Positions 1 through 15,211 are shown, numbered from the stretch's first letter. The stretch: DNA of 64,000 nucleotides from the human T2T-CHM13v2.0 reference genome, Homo sapiens (GCF_009914755.1 NC_060933.1), one strand, 5' to 3'. The notes: a model not told the origin generated them from the sequence alone. A program made the numbers and translations.

Positions 1-249
1 TGAGCCCAGATTTGACATATAAACCATCTTCAACAGAAAAATAACAGATGCTGGTGAATTTCCAGTGAATTTGTAAGTGCAGCGAAGCCTTCCAGATTAA
101 GCTCTCTTAGTCTCCTGCTTGGGTTTAGATATTTTAAAATGCAATGTAAAGGGCTTAGTTCTACAGTCTTCTGAAAACTCAGAGTCAGATATCCAAGAGG
201 CATCCTTCCACAGTGGGCATATATCAATACAGATAAGATGCCACCCTCA

Positions 250-390
250 TCATGTCACCTGCTGTTATTGTCTATAAAGAACTTGTCACTACCTGAAATT
301 ATCTTATTTGTTTATTCATTTCTTGTGTCACTCCCAAATGTCATCTGTCACTCTCTACCTAGTACCTAGCATAGTGCCAGGCACATTATC
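250..390 (+). mobile_element. L2 LINE 3' remnant
   Basis: 'tacctagcatagtgccaggcacat' resembles the L2 3' end; degraded, boundaries approximate. Confidence 0.5.
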
Positions 391-764
391 CTTCTATGGA
401 TATTGATTGATATTGAACCCTGGGCCAAGTAGAAGACATGGTGTGTCCATGCTAGAGAAGGCACAATCTGACACAGAACAATCTGCTACATTTGGGCCAG
501 GAACTCTAGCTTTTTCCTTGTCTCCTGGGAATGTCATTGTCATTCAAAGTGATCAAACCTGTATCAGTTTGGAAAGAATCGTAGCATCTTTTCTCTCCTT
601 GGCCATTTTTATTGCCAAGGCAGATTACAGAAAGCAGAGCCCAGCAAGTCCCTCCCATCCTATCTTCCACTCTGCGTCTTCGGTTCCTTAGCCATGCCTA
701 ATAAGTGAAAGAAGTCATGTTATAGAATGGAAAATCAACCCCTGTCCACTCTTACTTTTTTATC

Positions 765-1015
765 TCAACACATTTATTATGCACCAACTTTGTGCCCAGC
801 ACTGTTCGGGGTGCTAGGAATACAGCACTCATCAATATCAATTTCCTGCTCTCAAAGTCTAACGTTCTCGTGACAGGAGACAGAAAATAAATAAAAAATA
901 AAGTAAAATAGAACAGGAAGCAATGAGAAGAAAACATAAGCAGAGGAAGGGACTGAGAGGGTTACCGGGAGGGGTGAAGGGCCATATTTTATCTGAGGGG
1001 TCAGGAAAACACCTT
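765..1015 (-). mobile_element. L2 LINE remnant
   Basis: 'caacacatttattatgcaccaactttgtgcccagcactgttcggggtgctaggaatacagc' is the reverse-strand L2 tail pattern. Confidence 0.6.
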
Positions 1016-2403
1016 GTGCAGCTTTTGCTCTGGATTAGCCCATGTGTAGCCCCAAGTCCAGGGTCCCACTGGGAACCTGAGCCGTGTTCAGGCCTAGGAT
1101 CCAGACCAGTGTGGGGGGCTGGAGGGACTTGAATAAATGGCAGAAAGAATTGAGGTTCATGAGCAATGGGCAAGTGAAACACGCTGCATGGTGTTGGTTG
1201 CCTGGGCTGTCCTCAGCCCCAGCCCCATAGACCAGAGCTGAGCCCTGGAAGACGAAGTTCCAAAGATCAGTGACACTCAGAGCTCCAGGTGTGGGGCCCA
1301 GGCAGCTCTGCTCTGGGTGACCGGGCTGCAGCGGTGGGGTGGGGAGTGAAGACAGCTCTCTCCCTGGGGTCCCCGTTGGAGGCCACGCATGGCTGGGGTG
1401 CCAGAGGTCCAGATGTGGTCATGCAGGAATGCCAGCCTCCCTGGAGCTTGGGTGGTCTCTGCTGCAGGCATCAGCAGTCAGAAGCAGCATCAGAGAGGGA
1501 AAACAGCCGATGCCAGCCGGCACCTGTGGAGCACATGTGAGTTACCTTCCAGGGCGTCCCTGCACTAACTGGGGTCTGAGGTTCTTCTAGTGGTGGTAGA
1601 GCCAGAGAAATATGACGATGTGACATCTACCCCCCACTAGAATGTCCTCAGGAGGCACAGGTTCCTCCTGCAGGCAATCCAAGCTGAGGACCAGACCCTG
1701 GGGAGAACACTGTGGTTCAACATTCAGTTCCGAGGACTTGTGGTTTTTCTGGGGCCTGGTGTGATGTTAGATTGAGAACAAGCTTTGCTCCTTGACAAAG
1801 GACTCCCCTCCAGCAGACAGCAGCCCTGACCGAAACAGCCTGCTGTGCCAACAATGCCATCGTTGCGAGAAGCATTAGGACCTGGGAACTTGCACTTAAT
1901 AGGTAATAAAATGATTATGAGAAATGCAGTAAAAATCATGTCAATGTGTGGAGGAAGAAGCTAGTATCACTCGACAAATATGCTTCCTTTACACTTGCAG
2001 AATCTTCTGGCCCGGCATCTGGGAAACAATCTTTATGCTAAACTGCAGCCCGTGTGTCCCTACTTACCTGGGACCTTCACCCCAGGTAACCTGCCAGTCT
2101 CCAGGTTCGCAAGGCGTTGTTGGAGAGGGAGAGCCTGTGCTTGATGGCACAGAGTCTGTGGCCTCTGGCTGACTCCCTAGGCCAGCTCCCCTCTTGTTCC
2201 ATCAGCCTCAACCCTGTCTCATGTGTGTCAGCTCAGGCCTTGAACAAGCAGTTCAAAACTAACAGGGGGCTGGCATGGCAGTCTATGAAATGCAAGACTA
2301 AAATGTGGCTACACACTGTTTCCAGCCACTGCCTGCCACTCATGTTTCCCCTGAAAGCCATGGGGACCTCAAACTCAGAAGCCTGAAGGAGCGAGGCAGG
2401 TAG

Positions 2404-2806
<403 letters not shown>

Positions 2807-3199
2807 ATAAAGCCATTTTTTTGAACACAACTCTCCCAGGTTTTAAAAGTCGGGAATTTTTTTTAAGCAGAGTATAGGCCAAGCAAGATAAATATCTGTA
2901 TAAGCTGTATTTTTTCTGTAAGCCGGCAGTTCGAGCCTCTGGATGAAAAGATAACTGGGACATCTTTATAGAGCACTGTGTATGCGACAGAACTTTCTGT
3001 ATTCTTTCCTTGGTGCCCCAAGCGCTTCCACTGATAATTCTTCCAAGGTAAAGTGGTAGCTCATTTGACCACCTTCCAAAGTGAAGTAATACCCCTGGAC
3101 CACCCATGGGGTGTGGTCTCCACCCGTGCCCTGAATCAGCAGCATTCAGGTCAAACTGCAGACAATTGGACGTAACTGTTGCGATTATTCTACATCCTT

Positions 3200-3560
3200 C
3201 AGAACTCAGGGAGTTTTGTGCTGGCCATGAAAAGGAAGCCTGTGGTGAGAAATGGCTCCAGGGAGAACAAAGAAGGGGCAACAGGACTCCAGCAACTTGC
3301 AGTTACTGGTAATGTCCACCCTTCACCTAAGAAGCAACCTGGGGTTGGGAGGAGCACTGGACAGCTTGAGGGACCTGACTTTGGGCCACTGGCTCCGGGA
3401 TCTGAGCCCCCAGACATCCCAGCTAAGATTCATTGTGAGCAGGAAAAGTAGTCCCCGCCAAGCCCCGCCCTACTCGCAAATACATAAACAGTGTAAGTGA
3501 CTCCTGTTGTTTTAAACCACTGCGTTTTAAGGGAGGTTGGTTACGCAGCAAGAGATGGCC
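3200..3560 (+). mobile_element. MLT1 (ERVL-MaLR) LTR remnant
   Basis: 3' end 'tgttgttttaaaccactgcgttttaagggaggttggttacgcagcaagagat' matches the MLT1 terminus. Confidence 0.55.
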
Positions 3561-3929
3561 ACCATCCCTATGGATACCATGGTAACTAGGGATCGTCAAG
3601 TGTGCAGGCGCCTGTGGGGATCCAGGAGATCTTGGTGCCCAGCATGCTGAGCTCCTGAGAGGGGGGGCAGCAGCACCTCTCTCCCCATCTCCTCCTCCCT
3701 ATAGACTCACCCCCATTCACCTAGTGGCCTTGTGTGGCTGTGACTCTGGCCTTTGGCTCCTCTCCTGGGTCGACTTGCCTCCTGCTTTCTTTTCTAACTG
3801 CATGGTATTCTCCATGTCCACAACTCAGATTCCTTCAAAACAGAGGCTCTGATTGGCTCTGTTCATCGTTTTGTGCAGGCATCGATCACTGGCTGGCCTA
3901 TACATTGGTGGTTGTCAAATCAGATGCCA

Positions 3930-4068
3930 GCTGGGCACGGTGACTCATGCTTGTAATCACAGCTACTTGGGAGACTGAGTGGGGAGGATCGCCTGAACCC
4001 AGGAGTTGGAGGCTACAGTGAGCTATGATTGCACCACTGCACTCCAGCCTAGGCAACAGAGAGAGACT
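3930..4068 (+). mobile_element. Alu monomer (FAM/FRAM-like) without poly(A) tail
   Basis: right-arm-type monomer flanked by 13-bp TSD aaatcagaYgcca (3917-3929 / 4070-4082). Confidence 0.85.
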
Positions 4069-4785
4069 GAAATCAGACGCCACCCCTGGTCTAATCAGCT
4101 GTGGCAGGTGCAATGCACAATGGCAGAGGGGCGTCACTTCAGGAGGCACCACGGGAGGGACGTTCCTCTTGGGGAGTGCTTTGTAATTGATCGACATGAC
4201 CAACATGTCTGAAACAGAAATAAAGGAAAGAACACAGGGTAGGAGGATTCTGTGCAGTGGACACGATCTTCAAACGGGGGTGTGAACATTTCCTGCTAGC
4301 TCTGAGATTTGTAATCCAGACCCCGATGGTTTTCAGAAAATAAATTGGCAGCTGTACTCTTCTAAAATTGGTCAGGAGGTATTAGGTTGGTTTTTCTTTC
4401 TTTACTTTTAAAATTGGCCTTTTCCCACTTTATAAAAGCAAGGCATATCTTTATCCTTCCTGAATATTCTTATGTGAATTGCTTCAAGGTAGAAACACCT
4501 TCAGAGTGCCCAACAAGGACGTAATACAAATATTGGTGTCCCCCAGTGTTGGTGTTTCCTTCTAGGGAGCATTCAACTTCCTGTCCATTACAGATGCATT
4601 TCCCCCCAAAATTACTTTTTCTTTTTAATAATGATTGACATTAACTTGAAATGGCAACTCAACTTGGAACACATTTTTAATTGCTTGAAAGCTTATGGCA
4701 CTAAGGATTGTTTTTAAAGTTAATTTAAATATATTTATGTATTTCTGCTGTAGCGGAACAGGATGACCATTTCATTTTGAAAAGC

Positions 4786-5205
4786 TGTTGTCGGGTGGGT
4801 CTCTGGAAAGGGGATCATGGGCTGGAGTTTCGTGTGTAGAATGTCTATGGGGGGTGCCCTTGGGGGGAACCCCTGAGAAAGGAAGGGGAAGGAAGCAGGA
4901 GTTGGGGAGAGGAAGAAGTTAGCTGCGATGCAGGTCCCCAGCAGACTTGGCAGCCCCAGGGAAGCTCTGCCACTGAAAGGGTCATCAGAATTGCCCCACC
5001 CTTGCCTCGAGCCTTGTACTCCCACCACAGCCAGTCATTGAGGGGGGCTGCCTGGGGAAGGGCATGAACCAGGGCCAGGCAGCTCTGCGCCTGAGGCCAT
5101 CCTAACCCAGCTGCAAGCTGGTAGTGCTCCCAGCAGTGGAGGGGGTAGGGACAAGTCTTTCCTTGATGGGGGATCTGGGTGGAGCATCGTCTGGTGACCA
5201 CCACA
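4786..5205 (-). mobile_element. LTR16C-like solo LTR (ERVL)
   Basis: minus strand starts 'tgtggtggtcacc...ccacccagatccccc' and contains 'ctgcatcgcagctaacttcttcctctcc'. Confidence 0.75.
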
Positions 5206-5268
5206 AATTTCAGTGTCTATACTATGCCAAAAATGATATCCATTCACAATGGTTTAAATTTATGATGA

Positions 5269-6011
<743 letters not shown>

Positions 6012-6031
6012 TCCTTGGGAGCTTTTAAACA

Positions 6032-6463
6032 TGTATGGCAGTGGCATGTTAAGTACTCACTAAGCTCTACTTTCTTTTCCTCCTGGAAACCCAGCTGGAC
6101 TGAATTTCCCAGCTTCTGCCGCAGGTCTGTGAGGCCATGTGACCTGAGAAGCAGTGAAGGTGGCAGAAGTGGGATCCACCACATCCAAGCTCAGGCCATG
6201 AAACTGCCTGTGGCATCCTCCACACTCTTGCTCTTCTCTCTCCTGCTGGTCAGACATGGATGATCCAGTGGAGGCCTCCAAGGCCCTAGGGGATGGCAGA
6301 ACCGCTCGATAGCAGATGCTTGGGGCCCTGGAGGACTGCATGGATCAAAGCCCCCTCCAACCAACCTTGATTGTGAAATGATGATGAAATAAACCTTCAT
6401 TATGGTGTGTCACCGAGAGTTTGAGATTGTTTGTTATAGCACTTCATCTACTCTGATTAACAC
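6032..6463 (+). mobile_element. MLT1 (I/J-like) LTR
   Basis: 'ggccatgtgac', 'gaaataaacc...ttgtttgttatagca...aacaca' MLT1 hallmarks. Confidence 0.65.
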
Positions 6464-6739
6464 AAAATCTGTTGAAGAGAAAAAAACACAGTAAACTCAG
6501 ATGTTTAGTGATGTTTTCGATAGCATGCATGGGGAAGGAAAAATGCAACTTGATTTCCAGACAGCTTAGAAAAATTCAAAGGGAGAAAGATTTCCTCTGG
6601 GTCATTTTCACAAAGAAGGAACTCGGCCTGAGCTGAGCCAGAGGGAGTGAGTCACAGTGAAGACCACTGGCTTATTAATGGTACCAGGAAGCCTGAATCC
6701 AGTGAATGTGGCTGGCACTAGGGATGTGTATCCATTATG

Positions 6740-7690
6740 ACTGAGTTCAGCTCTATTTAAAAGGAAAACTAATGACTGAGGCTTAAACAACATGAGTGTT
6801 TATTTTTCTCTCAAGCTTCAAGTTACATAGTCCAAGGATTTATCAGCTCCATGGTGACATCAGGCTTTTTCTAGTTTTTCAATCCAGAGCCCTTTTTAGA
6901 GTGTGGCCTTCATTTTGTGTTCACAGCTACTAGAGTCCCAGCTGTCATGTTGACATTTTGGGGAGAGTACAGGAGGAGAAGTGGAGTGCATAGGTATGCA
7001 CACTGGCTCTGGGGTGCCTGGGATGCTCTGGCGGCACTCCCTTGGCCATCTTCACTCCAGCCAGCCATGTCCATAGATCCACACACATGGTAAGCATCAC
7101 ACACCAGCCACACCATGATGCCTCTTTGCTTTGCTGGAGCCACAGAAGACCACCCAACCACATGAAAGAACAATCAGTTAGTATGGGGGAGCTAAGAACC
7201 CAAGGGAGATCCCAAGCAATGGGGAACTAGGCAGCCCAGCCTCGTAGTCCTCCACTGAGACGATCGTGAGGCATGGTCCACTGTGTGCAGGGTCCCACGG
7301 CAGACTGAGGTACTCACTGGCAACTGGCCTATTAATGCCTCCTTCACTGCTTTCCTCTCTTCCTTTTTTCCCTCTCCCCCATTTCTGTTACCTGGGATGA
7401 ACTCCAAGATAAACCACCTGCACCCAAGTTCGTCTCAAGCTCCTTCTTGAGGGAGCTCAAACTAAGATACCAGCTGAGTCTGCCCCTTTAAAGGGCTTTC
7501 CTGAGAATCCCTCCTAGCAAATTCTAGCTAATCTCAGAGCCAGAATCAGGTCAAGTGGCCACTCCTAACCGTAAGGGAAGCTGGGAAATACAGGCTTTTT
7601 AGGTGGGCACTTTGGCACCCCCAACTAAATCAAGGTTTTGTCCTCACAGAAGAAAAGGATGCTTATTTGATGGGCAACTGGCCAGTCCTG
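6740..7690 (-). mobile_element. MLT1 LTR interrupted by an LTR16-like element
   Basis: 'ggcttaaacaac...tttatttttctctc' and 'ggccactcctaaccgtaagggaagctgggaaa' MLT1 pieces flank the insert. Confidence 0.5.
6990..7469 (+). mobile_element. LTR16-like LTR (ERVL)
   Basis: 3' end 'ataaaccacctgcacccaagttcgtctcaagctcc...caaactaagata'. Confidence 0.5.
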
Positions 7691-8269
7691 AAAATCAACA
7701 TATGTCAATATTGATCATTTGGTGGTTTTTAAGTATTAAATTAGTGAAAAGAACAATTTGGGAAATGAAATACATAAAAGTATCAGCAGGTAGAAATAGT
7801 ATAAAAAATATAAAAATGAAGATTTTAGAACTCAACCTTTGGTCAGTAGGGATCCATTTAAACTGGAAGTATTTTATAGACTGAGAAATAATGTACTATA
7901 TCCTGTCAACCTACTCTCCACTAATGACCCCTTTGCTTCACCGCTGTGATTATTTCAGCCTTTGAAGTTTGCTTTGATAAAACGTGCTGAAGTAAATGTT
8001 TCTCTCTTCCCTGTCTACCGATTACCCCTTCTCTACAGAAAATGTGTGATGGGTTACAACAAAATACAGTCAACAAAACAATAACAAAATGAACCCCATA
8101 TCATGAAGAACAAGAAGACAAACAGATCCCGGGGTTGGGGTGAACACTTGTTACAGTCATGGTTCAAACTTGGATCTGTGCTTCCTGGTACCCAAGGACA
8201 GGTAGAAGAGACCATGCTTTATGTTATTTGTGTTATCAGAAAGAAGATGGAGTGCAAATTTCCCTAGAG

Positions 8270-8465
8270 TAGGGGTGGCTTCCCTGGGCCACACTGGAAG
8301 AAGAAAAATTGTCTTGGGCTACACATAAAATACACCAACACTAACGATAGCTGATGAGCAAAAAAAAAAAGCATAATATTTTAAAGTTTATGAATTTGTG
8401 TTGGGCTGCACTCAAAGATATCCTGGGCCACATGTGGCCGGTAGGCCATGGAATGGACAAATTTG
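8270..8465 (+). mobile_element. MER30 hAT-Charlie MITE
   Basis: 'ggcttccctgggccacactggaagaagaa...aacgatagctgatgagc'; perfect 8-bp TSD ccctagag (8262-8269 / 8466-8473). Confidence 0.9.
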
Positions 8466-8801
8466 CCCTAGAGCAAGCAAACCTTCCCCAGCACCAAATT
8501 CTGAAAGAAATCTCTTAGGGCTTACCTGTGAGAGCAGGGAGCAGGGAGCAATGCAGGGAAAGGGTTCTCAACAGCATCTTTACAGCCAAGCTCAATAGTG
8601 GATTTCATGGGCCTGGGCCCTGCAGTATAAGAGTTTCCATGGAAGTTTATGGTTTAGCACTACTATTGAAGTAAGCTACAGTGATTCTGCAAAGGGCAAA
8701 AATGTGTGATCTCTACTGATCCAGCAGGTTTCAAGGCTAGATCTCAGAGTTTCTGGAAGAGTGAAGAGAATGCCTGACCACACATAAGATGGAGGGGAGA
8801 T

Positions 8802-9277
8802 GGCGTCTGGAGTTGGTTCCTGCCAGTGGGTTCATGTTCTCGCTGACTTCAAGAATGAAGCTGCGGACCTTCTCGGTGAGTGTTATAGCTCTTAAAGATG
8901 GCATGGCATCGACCCAAAGAGTGAACAGTAGCAAGATTTATTGTGAAGAGCGAAAGGACAAAGCTTCCACAGTGTGGAAGTGGACCCAAGCAGGTTGCCA
9001 CTGCTTTATGGGGTGGCCAGCTTTCATTCCCTTATTTGTCCCCTTCTGTGTTCCTTTTCTGTCCTATCAGAATGCCCTTTTTTCAACCTTCCCTGTGATT
9101 GGCTACTTTTAGGATCTTGCTGATTGGTGCATTTTACAATCCTCTTGCTAGCTACAGAATGCTGATTGGTGCATTTTTATAGATCACTGATTGGTGCATT
9201 TTACAATTCTCTTGTAAGACAGAAAAGTTCTCTAAGTCCCCAGTTGACCCAGGAAGTCTAGCTGGCTTCACCTCTCA
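8802..9277 (-). mobile_element. LTR12F-like (ERV9) solo LTR
   Basis: repeated 'ctgattggtgcattt', ends 'gctggcttcacctctca'; 4-bp TSD agat. Confidence 0.9.
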
Positions 9278-9349
9278 AGATGAGTAAAATTCAGCCCAGG
9301 GTGGTGCTCTGATTAAGCCTAGGAGTTCCAACAATCTGTTTGCCTGTTG

Positions 9350-10240
9350 AGACAGCCACTCATTACTTAGCTATCTCAACAGCTACTCCCAACCCCATTT
9401 CCCTTGTCTATCTTTTAAAAATAGAAGCCTGATGGTCCATGTCCTAGGTTTCCTTGCAACACGGAGTGGCCAGATGACACAGATGTAGTCAGAAAGACTA
9501 AGGGGAAATAGGTTTGGGAGCTCCTAGGAAAGCTCTTGCTCTACTGACAAAGTGAATGATGTGAGAAGAAAGATGTTGGCATGGCCTCTTCTTCTTTCTT
9601 CCTGTCTTGAACATGAATGTGATGTCTGGTGCAATGGTGGCTATCATGAGGTAGGTGAAAGCCTGGGGGCCTGAAAGCTTGGGGAGATGAATAACTCCTT
9701 CCTCCTCGGGCCCAGTCCCAAGGCACAAGACCACTTGTGCCAGCAGCATGCTTCAGCAAGATGGTAGAAGCAGGAAGAGAGCTGGCCAGAAGACACATAC
9801 CCCCTGGAAATGGAGAGAGTCCTTCGGTGTACCACGTAGCAGTTACGTCAGACTGGGACACTTACTGTTTACAGGAGACTACAAAACCCTAGCCCCATCC
9901 TCACTTGAGGCTGACGGCATTTTGGGCCTCAGCCCGTCTGCACCCAGGCGCTCATTAAAACAGCGTGTTGCTCCACTCCACCTTGTGTTGTTTGTTGGCG
10001 CGTTCTTGGGGTTCGAACCAATACAAGAGCCTTGCAGTAGGTAATAGAAATGCAACAGAAAAGCCAACTAGCTGAGGTGGGTCAAGAGAAAAAACAGTGA
10101 GCGTGGGTCCTTGCTGACATGGAGCTGGGAGTGCACTCTGGAGAGAGCTCTCCTGCAGATTCTTATCAAGTAAGCAATAAAATAACCGTATGGTCTACGC
10201 TCCTGGAGCTGAGACTTTGTACTCCTTGCTGTTGAAAACA
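9350..10240 (+). mobile_element. old MLT1 LTR split by the LTR18A insertion
   Basis: 'gtgatgtctggtgcaatggtggctatc' upstream and 'gggtccttgctgacat' downstream of the insert. Confidence 0.5.
9656..10036 (+). mobile_element. LTR18A-like solo LTR (ERVL)
   Basis: TG...CA ends, 'gatgaataactcc', 'gcagttacgtcagactgggacac', 'cattaaaacagc'; 5-bp TSD gtagg (9651-9655 / 10037-10041). Confidence 0.85.
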
Positions 10241-10935
10241 GTTTACCTTTTACCAGTGTAAGGAGAGAATTTGTGAACTTTAAACAAGTGGAGAAGTGGT
10301 GGGTGAGATTAACACTCTGGTGAAAACGAGGAGTCCAGTCAAGAATACGAGCTCCGACGTGAGCAGGCGCAGAGTCCAAGTGGAGTCAGAATTTTCAGGA
10401 AACTACCACATGGGAGTAACTGCTTAATTGAGTCCTCAGTGGAGAATGCCATAAACCCTGGCTAAGGTGATTTTGATCACTAAAACTTTTTAAGCAGAAA
10501 TAATTAATTACCCATAGAGCTTCAGTATCTCTATCTTGGATCAACTGATTTGAAGAAAAACATAGCGAACCTCCTGGGGTAATTGAGCAGGAGAATGTGT
10601 TCCTGGGTTATTAAATTAATGCATCTGCAGCTTGAGGTTAGTCGATATTAGTAGAATAAATTCTGGGAACTGTTAAAAATAATGATGTTAGCTTTCAAAA
10701 TGTTAATACAATTCTAAAGTCACTGTTTCTGAAAGTAGAAATTGTTACTGGTTCTTAACAATAAAAGCATTTGTCTCATTGATGAAGTAACATACATTTG
10801 ATTTATTTCAATGCAGTTTCAAATAAGAGATAATTCAAAGGAAAAGGAGAATGCAGAACACTGTGAACCTGTAAAAAAAAAAAAGAAAGAAAAAAAGTCC
10901 TTTGATGTACGAAGACCCTGTGAGTGTTTTCATAA

Positions 10936-11260
<325 letters not shown>

Positions 11261-12469
11261 ACCAATCTGGATTTTTATGATGATTTTGTGTGAGCACCAA
11301 TGACCAGAAGTTCATGTTTTCCTCGTGTAACTTGGCCACACAATTGTTATTATTGCTGAAAGGGGTGTGGAAAGCATTGCTATCTTTGCCTCCCACTTTT
11401 ATATGTCCTTGCAGACAAGGTTAGCACGCCATAGAATGTCTTTCAACACAAAGGACAGCTATATTAGTGTGTGTGTATACAGGAATGCTGTTGTACTTGT
11501 GACATTTGTTTTAATAACATGATATTGGTCATTTGTGAAAATTACAATAACAATGAAATGAGAGGCAAAGGTACAGTAACATTCCCTATTTAAAATTAAG
11601 CCATAAATATGCAGGCCGAGTAGACAAAGTGCTTTCTCCAAATGTTTCCAATTATAAGAGGAAAATGAAATTGTTTTTACTATTCTTGGGTCTTTTTCGT
11701 TTCAAGTACATTGTTTTTTGAAAATGTGGGAGACAGAGATGCAAATAACTGTTTTCTTTACAATTATGCTATGAAATTCTGAGTTTCTCTTTGTTTTCGT
11801 TGGGTGTAATTTATCATTTCTTAAGCTGTGTCAGAAATCATTGCTGCAAAACACATGGTAGAAAGTCTCCTATGGTAAATGAAAGAGTAATTCAACTTGT
11901 CGTTGTTTAGGTCATGGCGTGTTGTAGGAGACCACTTTTTCTGGATCACCAGCAACATAAACAAAGGGTTTATCACTAAATAAATAAATGTAATCTACAG
12001 TTTTCCATTTAACTGTATCATAAAACATTTGGAGGACATAGCCACATGCTCATTCAATTTAGTCGCAATAACCTTATTGGCATGACAAGGCTGGCAAGGA
12101 TGCCAAAGTCAATAGAGTAGGCCAGGATGCACTAGGCAGGTTTCACGAGGGTGGTGAGATTTTATGTCACAAACCTCAATGTGCATCCAGATGCAGTCTT
12201 ATTTCTGGACCTCCCATTGAAGGAGTCCCCTGTTTCCAAATTAGATAAGACTTTGGGAGTGCTGCAAAGACTGAAAGGTTTGGGGGAGATTAGGAGAGAA
12301 GGAATGAACGGCAGGGACTGCTTAAGCCAATGATACATTGACAGTACATGTGTGAAAATCTGGGGTTGAAAAAATCAAAGGAACATCAGTAAAACTTAAT
12401 CTAGATCTAACTCCTATGAATACATATTTTTTGCAGTTACTACATAGTAACCTTTTTACATTTGTGAAT

Positions 12470-12880
12470 TTCTGGAAGAGGTCATGCATGATTAAGGCAC
12501 AAAATTACAAATTTTAAAGTATCCTTGTAAAGAAACTTCAGTCTCCTCCTCACCCTTACCCTTCAGCCACACACCTCGCCTCCCCAAAGCAACTGTTGCT
12601 GCCACTTTATTATAGATACTTCCAGAAACATCCTGTGGAATGTTTCAGTTCAGTGTGGAATGTTCAATAGACATCCTTGAACACAAATAATTTTATGCAA
12701 GTGCAAGCATAAGTAGAGAATATATTTCTGAAAGTGAAATTATTGGGTCAGAAGGTTTTTAAATTTGTAAATCTTTAAAGATTTGCCAAATTGTTCTCCC
12801 AGGTTTACCAGTTCCCCCTAGAAATGTATGGAAATGATTCCTCACAACTCACCAACATAGTAGACTGTCAAACTCAGTCC
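12470..12880 (-). mobile_element. old L1 (L1ME-like) fragment
   Basis: 'gaaagtgaaattattgggtcagaagg...ttgccaaattgttctcc' reverse L1 3' pattern. Confidence 0.6.
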
Positions 12881-13024
12881 AAAATTTGAATGGTTTCTTT
12901 TATTCAGACGTGAACAGTAAGTCAGAGTCACACTATTTTAACAGCTTCTTTTGCTTTTTGGGACCATAACAGACCAAACAGCCATCTATTCATCACTGTA
13001 ACAAACAGGCATTGAGTTCTTATT

Positions 13025-13270
13025 AATTCATTCAAGAACACCTTCTATGTGCCAGGCATCCTGCCAGGTCTGGGAATACAGTAGTGATACAATGATCCCG
13101 GATTTTATTGACAATGGGGGAGACAGACAAATGATCACATACAAGAGCTCAGAAGGAAAAGCAGCGAGTCTGTGCGGTGTAAAACAGGAAGGCCTGCTCT
13201 GGGCTGGAGTGGCCTCAAAAGCTTCCTTGAGAAATGCTGTCTGAGCTGAAGGATGAGCAGGAATCATGGA
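13025..13270 (-). mobile_element. L2 remnant
   Basis: 'ttcattcaagaacaccttctatgtgccaggcatcctgccaggtctgggaatacag'. Confidence 0.65.
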
Positions 13271-14033
13271 GGGGTGTGTGTTTGTTTCTGTGTTTGTGTG
13301 TGCCTATGCTTGTGCATGTGTACACACATGCTGAACTTTCCAGACAATAGAGAAAGAGCAGGTCACCTTCAGGGATGTGGAAGAAGGGAGGGGCAGAGAC
13401 TGCAAGAAAACTGGGATGTGAGGCACTGTGGAAGATCCCTCCACCTCAAGGGACCTCCGTAGAAAGACTGGACAATGCCCGATCATAAGTAAGTCTGGTA
13501 AAGAATTGGATAATAAGATCCATTAGACAGGCAAAGAGAGAAATTAGGAATGAATCTTCATGGTTTTAGTTCCCTTGTGCAATTGTGTGCTTGATTTGTT
13601 TATTTTCTTTATCTGTTTTGATAATATAAATCCTGTGCTACTTCTTAACCATTGGTTCCACTTTAATAAGTCAACAGTGGTTGCCCGGTCCCCTCTTCTT
13701 ACCATTGTATCCTAAAGGAAGAACTGAGAGATTTGGTGCTCCAAATCCCAGGAGTTTCTGCATGACCTCATCAGTGTCAGGAGAGCCAAGCCCAGATGGA
13801 TGGTCTAGCCTGTACAGGTGGGCCTCCCACCTCTCCAGGTGTGTGTTATAGTGCTTAGAATATCGAGGCATACTAGGTGCTAAGACATCCAAATGTTTCC
13901 GAGTGTATATGAAGAGAAGTTAAGACTAGGGGAGCTGTACTTTGAAACTGGGTTTATAGCTGAAACCTCAAGTTCAGTTGTCTTAACATCACATAAATAA
14001 CAACAAACAAATGTGAATGAAACGAGCTTTTCA

Positions 14034-14393
<360 letters not shown>

Positions 14394-14461
14394 TCATTAA
14401 TTGATGAGGGAACCAGTAAAATGTTAAGACTGGTTCAAAAGAGAATTTGAAGAACAGATGT

Positions 14462-14650
14462 AAACACTGGAGACTACTAGAGGCGGGAGAGAGGGAGTGG
14501 GGCAAGGACTGAAAAACTGCCTATGGGGTACTATGCTCACTACCTGGGTGATGGGACCATTCACACCCCAAACCTCAGTGTCATGCAATATACCCATGTA
14601 ACAAACCTGCATGTGTACCCCTGAATCTAAAATAAAAGTTGAAATTATTG
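14462..14650 (+). mobile_element. 5'-truncated L1 (L1PB/L1MA-like) 3' end
   Basis: 'gggtactatgctcactacctgggtgatggg...aacaaacctgcatgtgtaccc...aaaataaaagttg'. Confidence 0.85.
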
Positions 14651-15211
14651 AAAGAAACAGATTTATATGGTCAGTCAAAAGAATGCTGAAATAAACTTGC
14701 CAACAAATGTAAACTGATTAACATTCTAGACAGTAATAAACTGTAATGTTTGGGGGTTAGCTTTTCTATTAGATGAAAATAAATTTAATCTCTACCAGGT
14801 CAAATCCGTTTGCGTTGTAATGAGCTGGAATCATTTCCATGATTCTCTGACAAGAATTACTTTATGTTGCTATTGGTTTTTTACCAGTTAACTTCTACCC
14901 CTACAGCACTGCCAATAGAAAGTCAAAAGTACACGCCCAGAAACATTGCACTAATAAAACATCCCATATACCCCCTCCTTTAAAACACATTGTATACAGT
15001 GCATTAACTCTAAAAAGATCAGAGCACTTATTTATTGCCAAGGATTTTATGACCATATGATCATCCCAAGGATGTTTAGAAACTAGCATTCCGCCACCGT
15101 ACTGAGATTGAAAAGAAGCGTTCACATATGACTATGAGCTAGAAATTAGCACCCAAACCAGGCTAACCTACAACCTATAATTAATTGTTCTCATGGCTCC
15201 AACAAGAAAGA

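Noticed and set aside
2923-3047. Possible AG...GT-bounded coding exon
   Set aside because: Stop codons in all three plus-strand frames, and the splice signals are weak.
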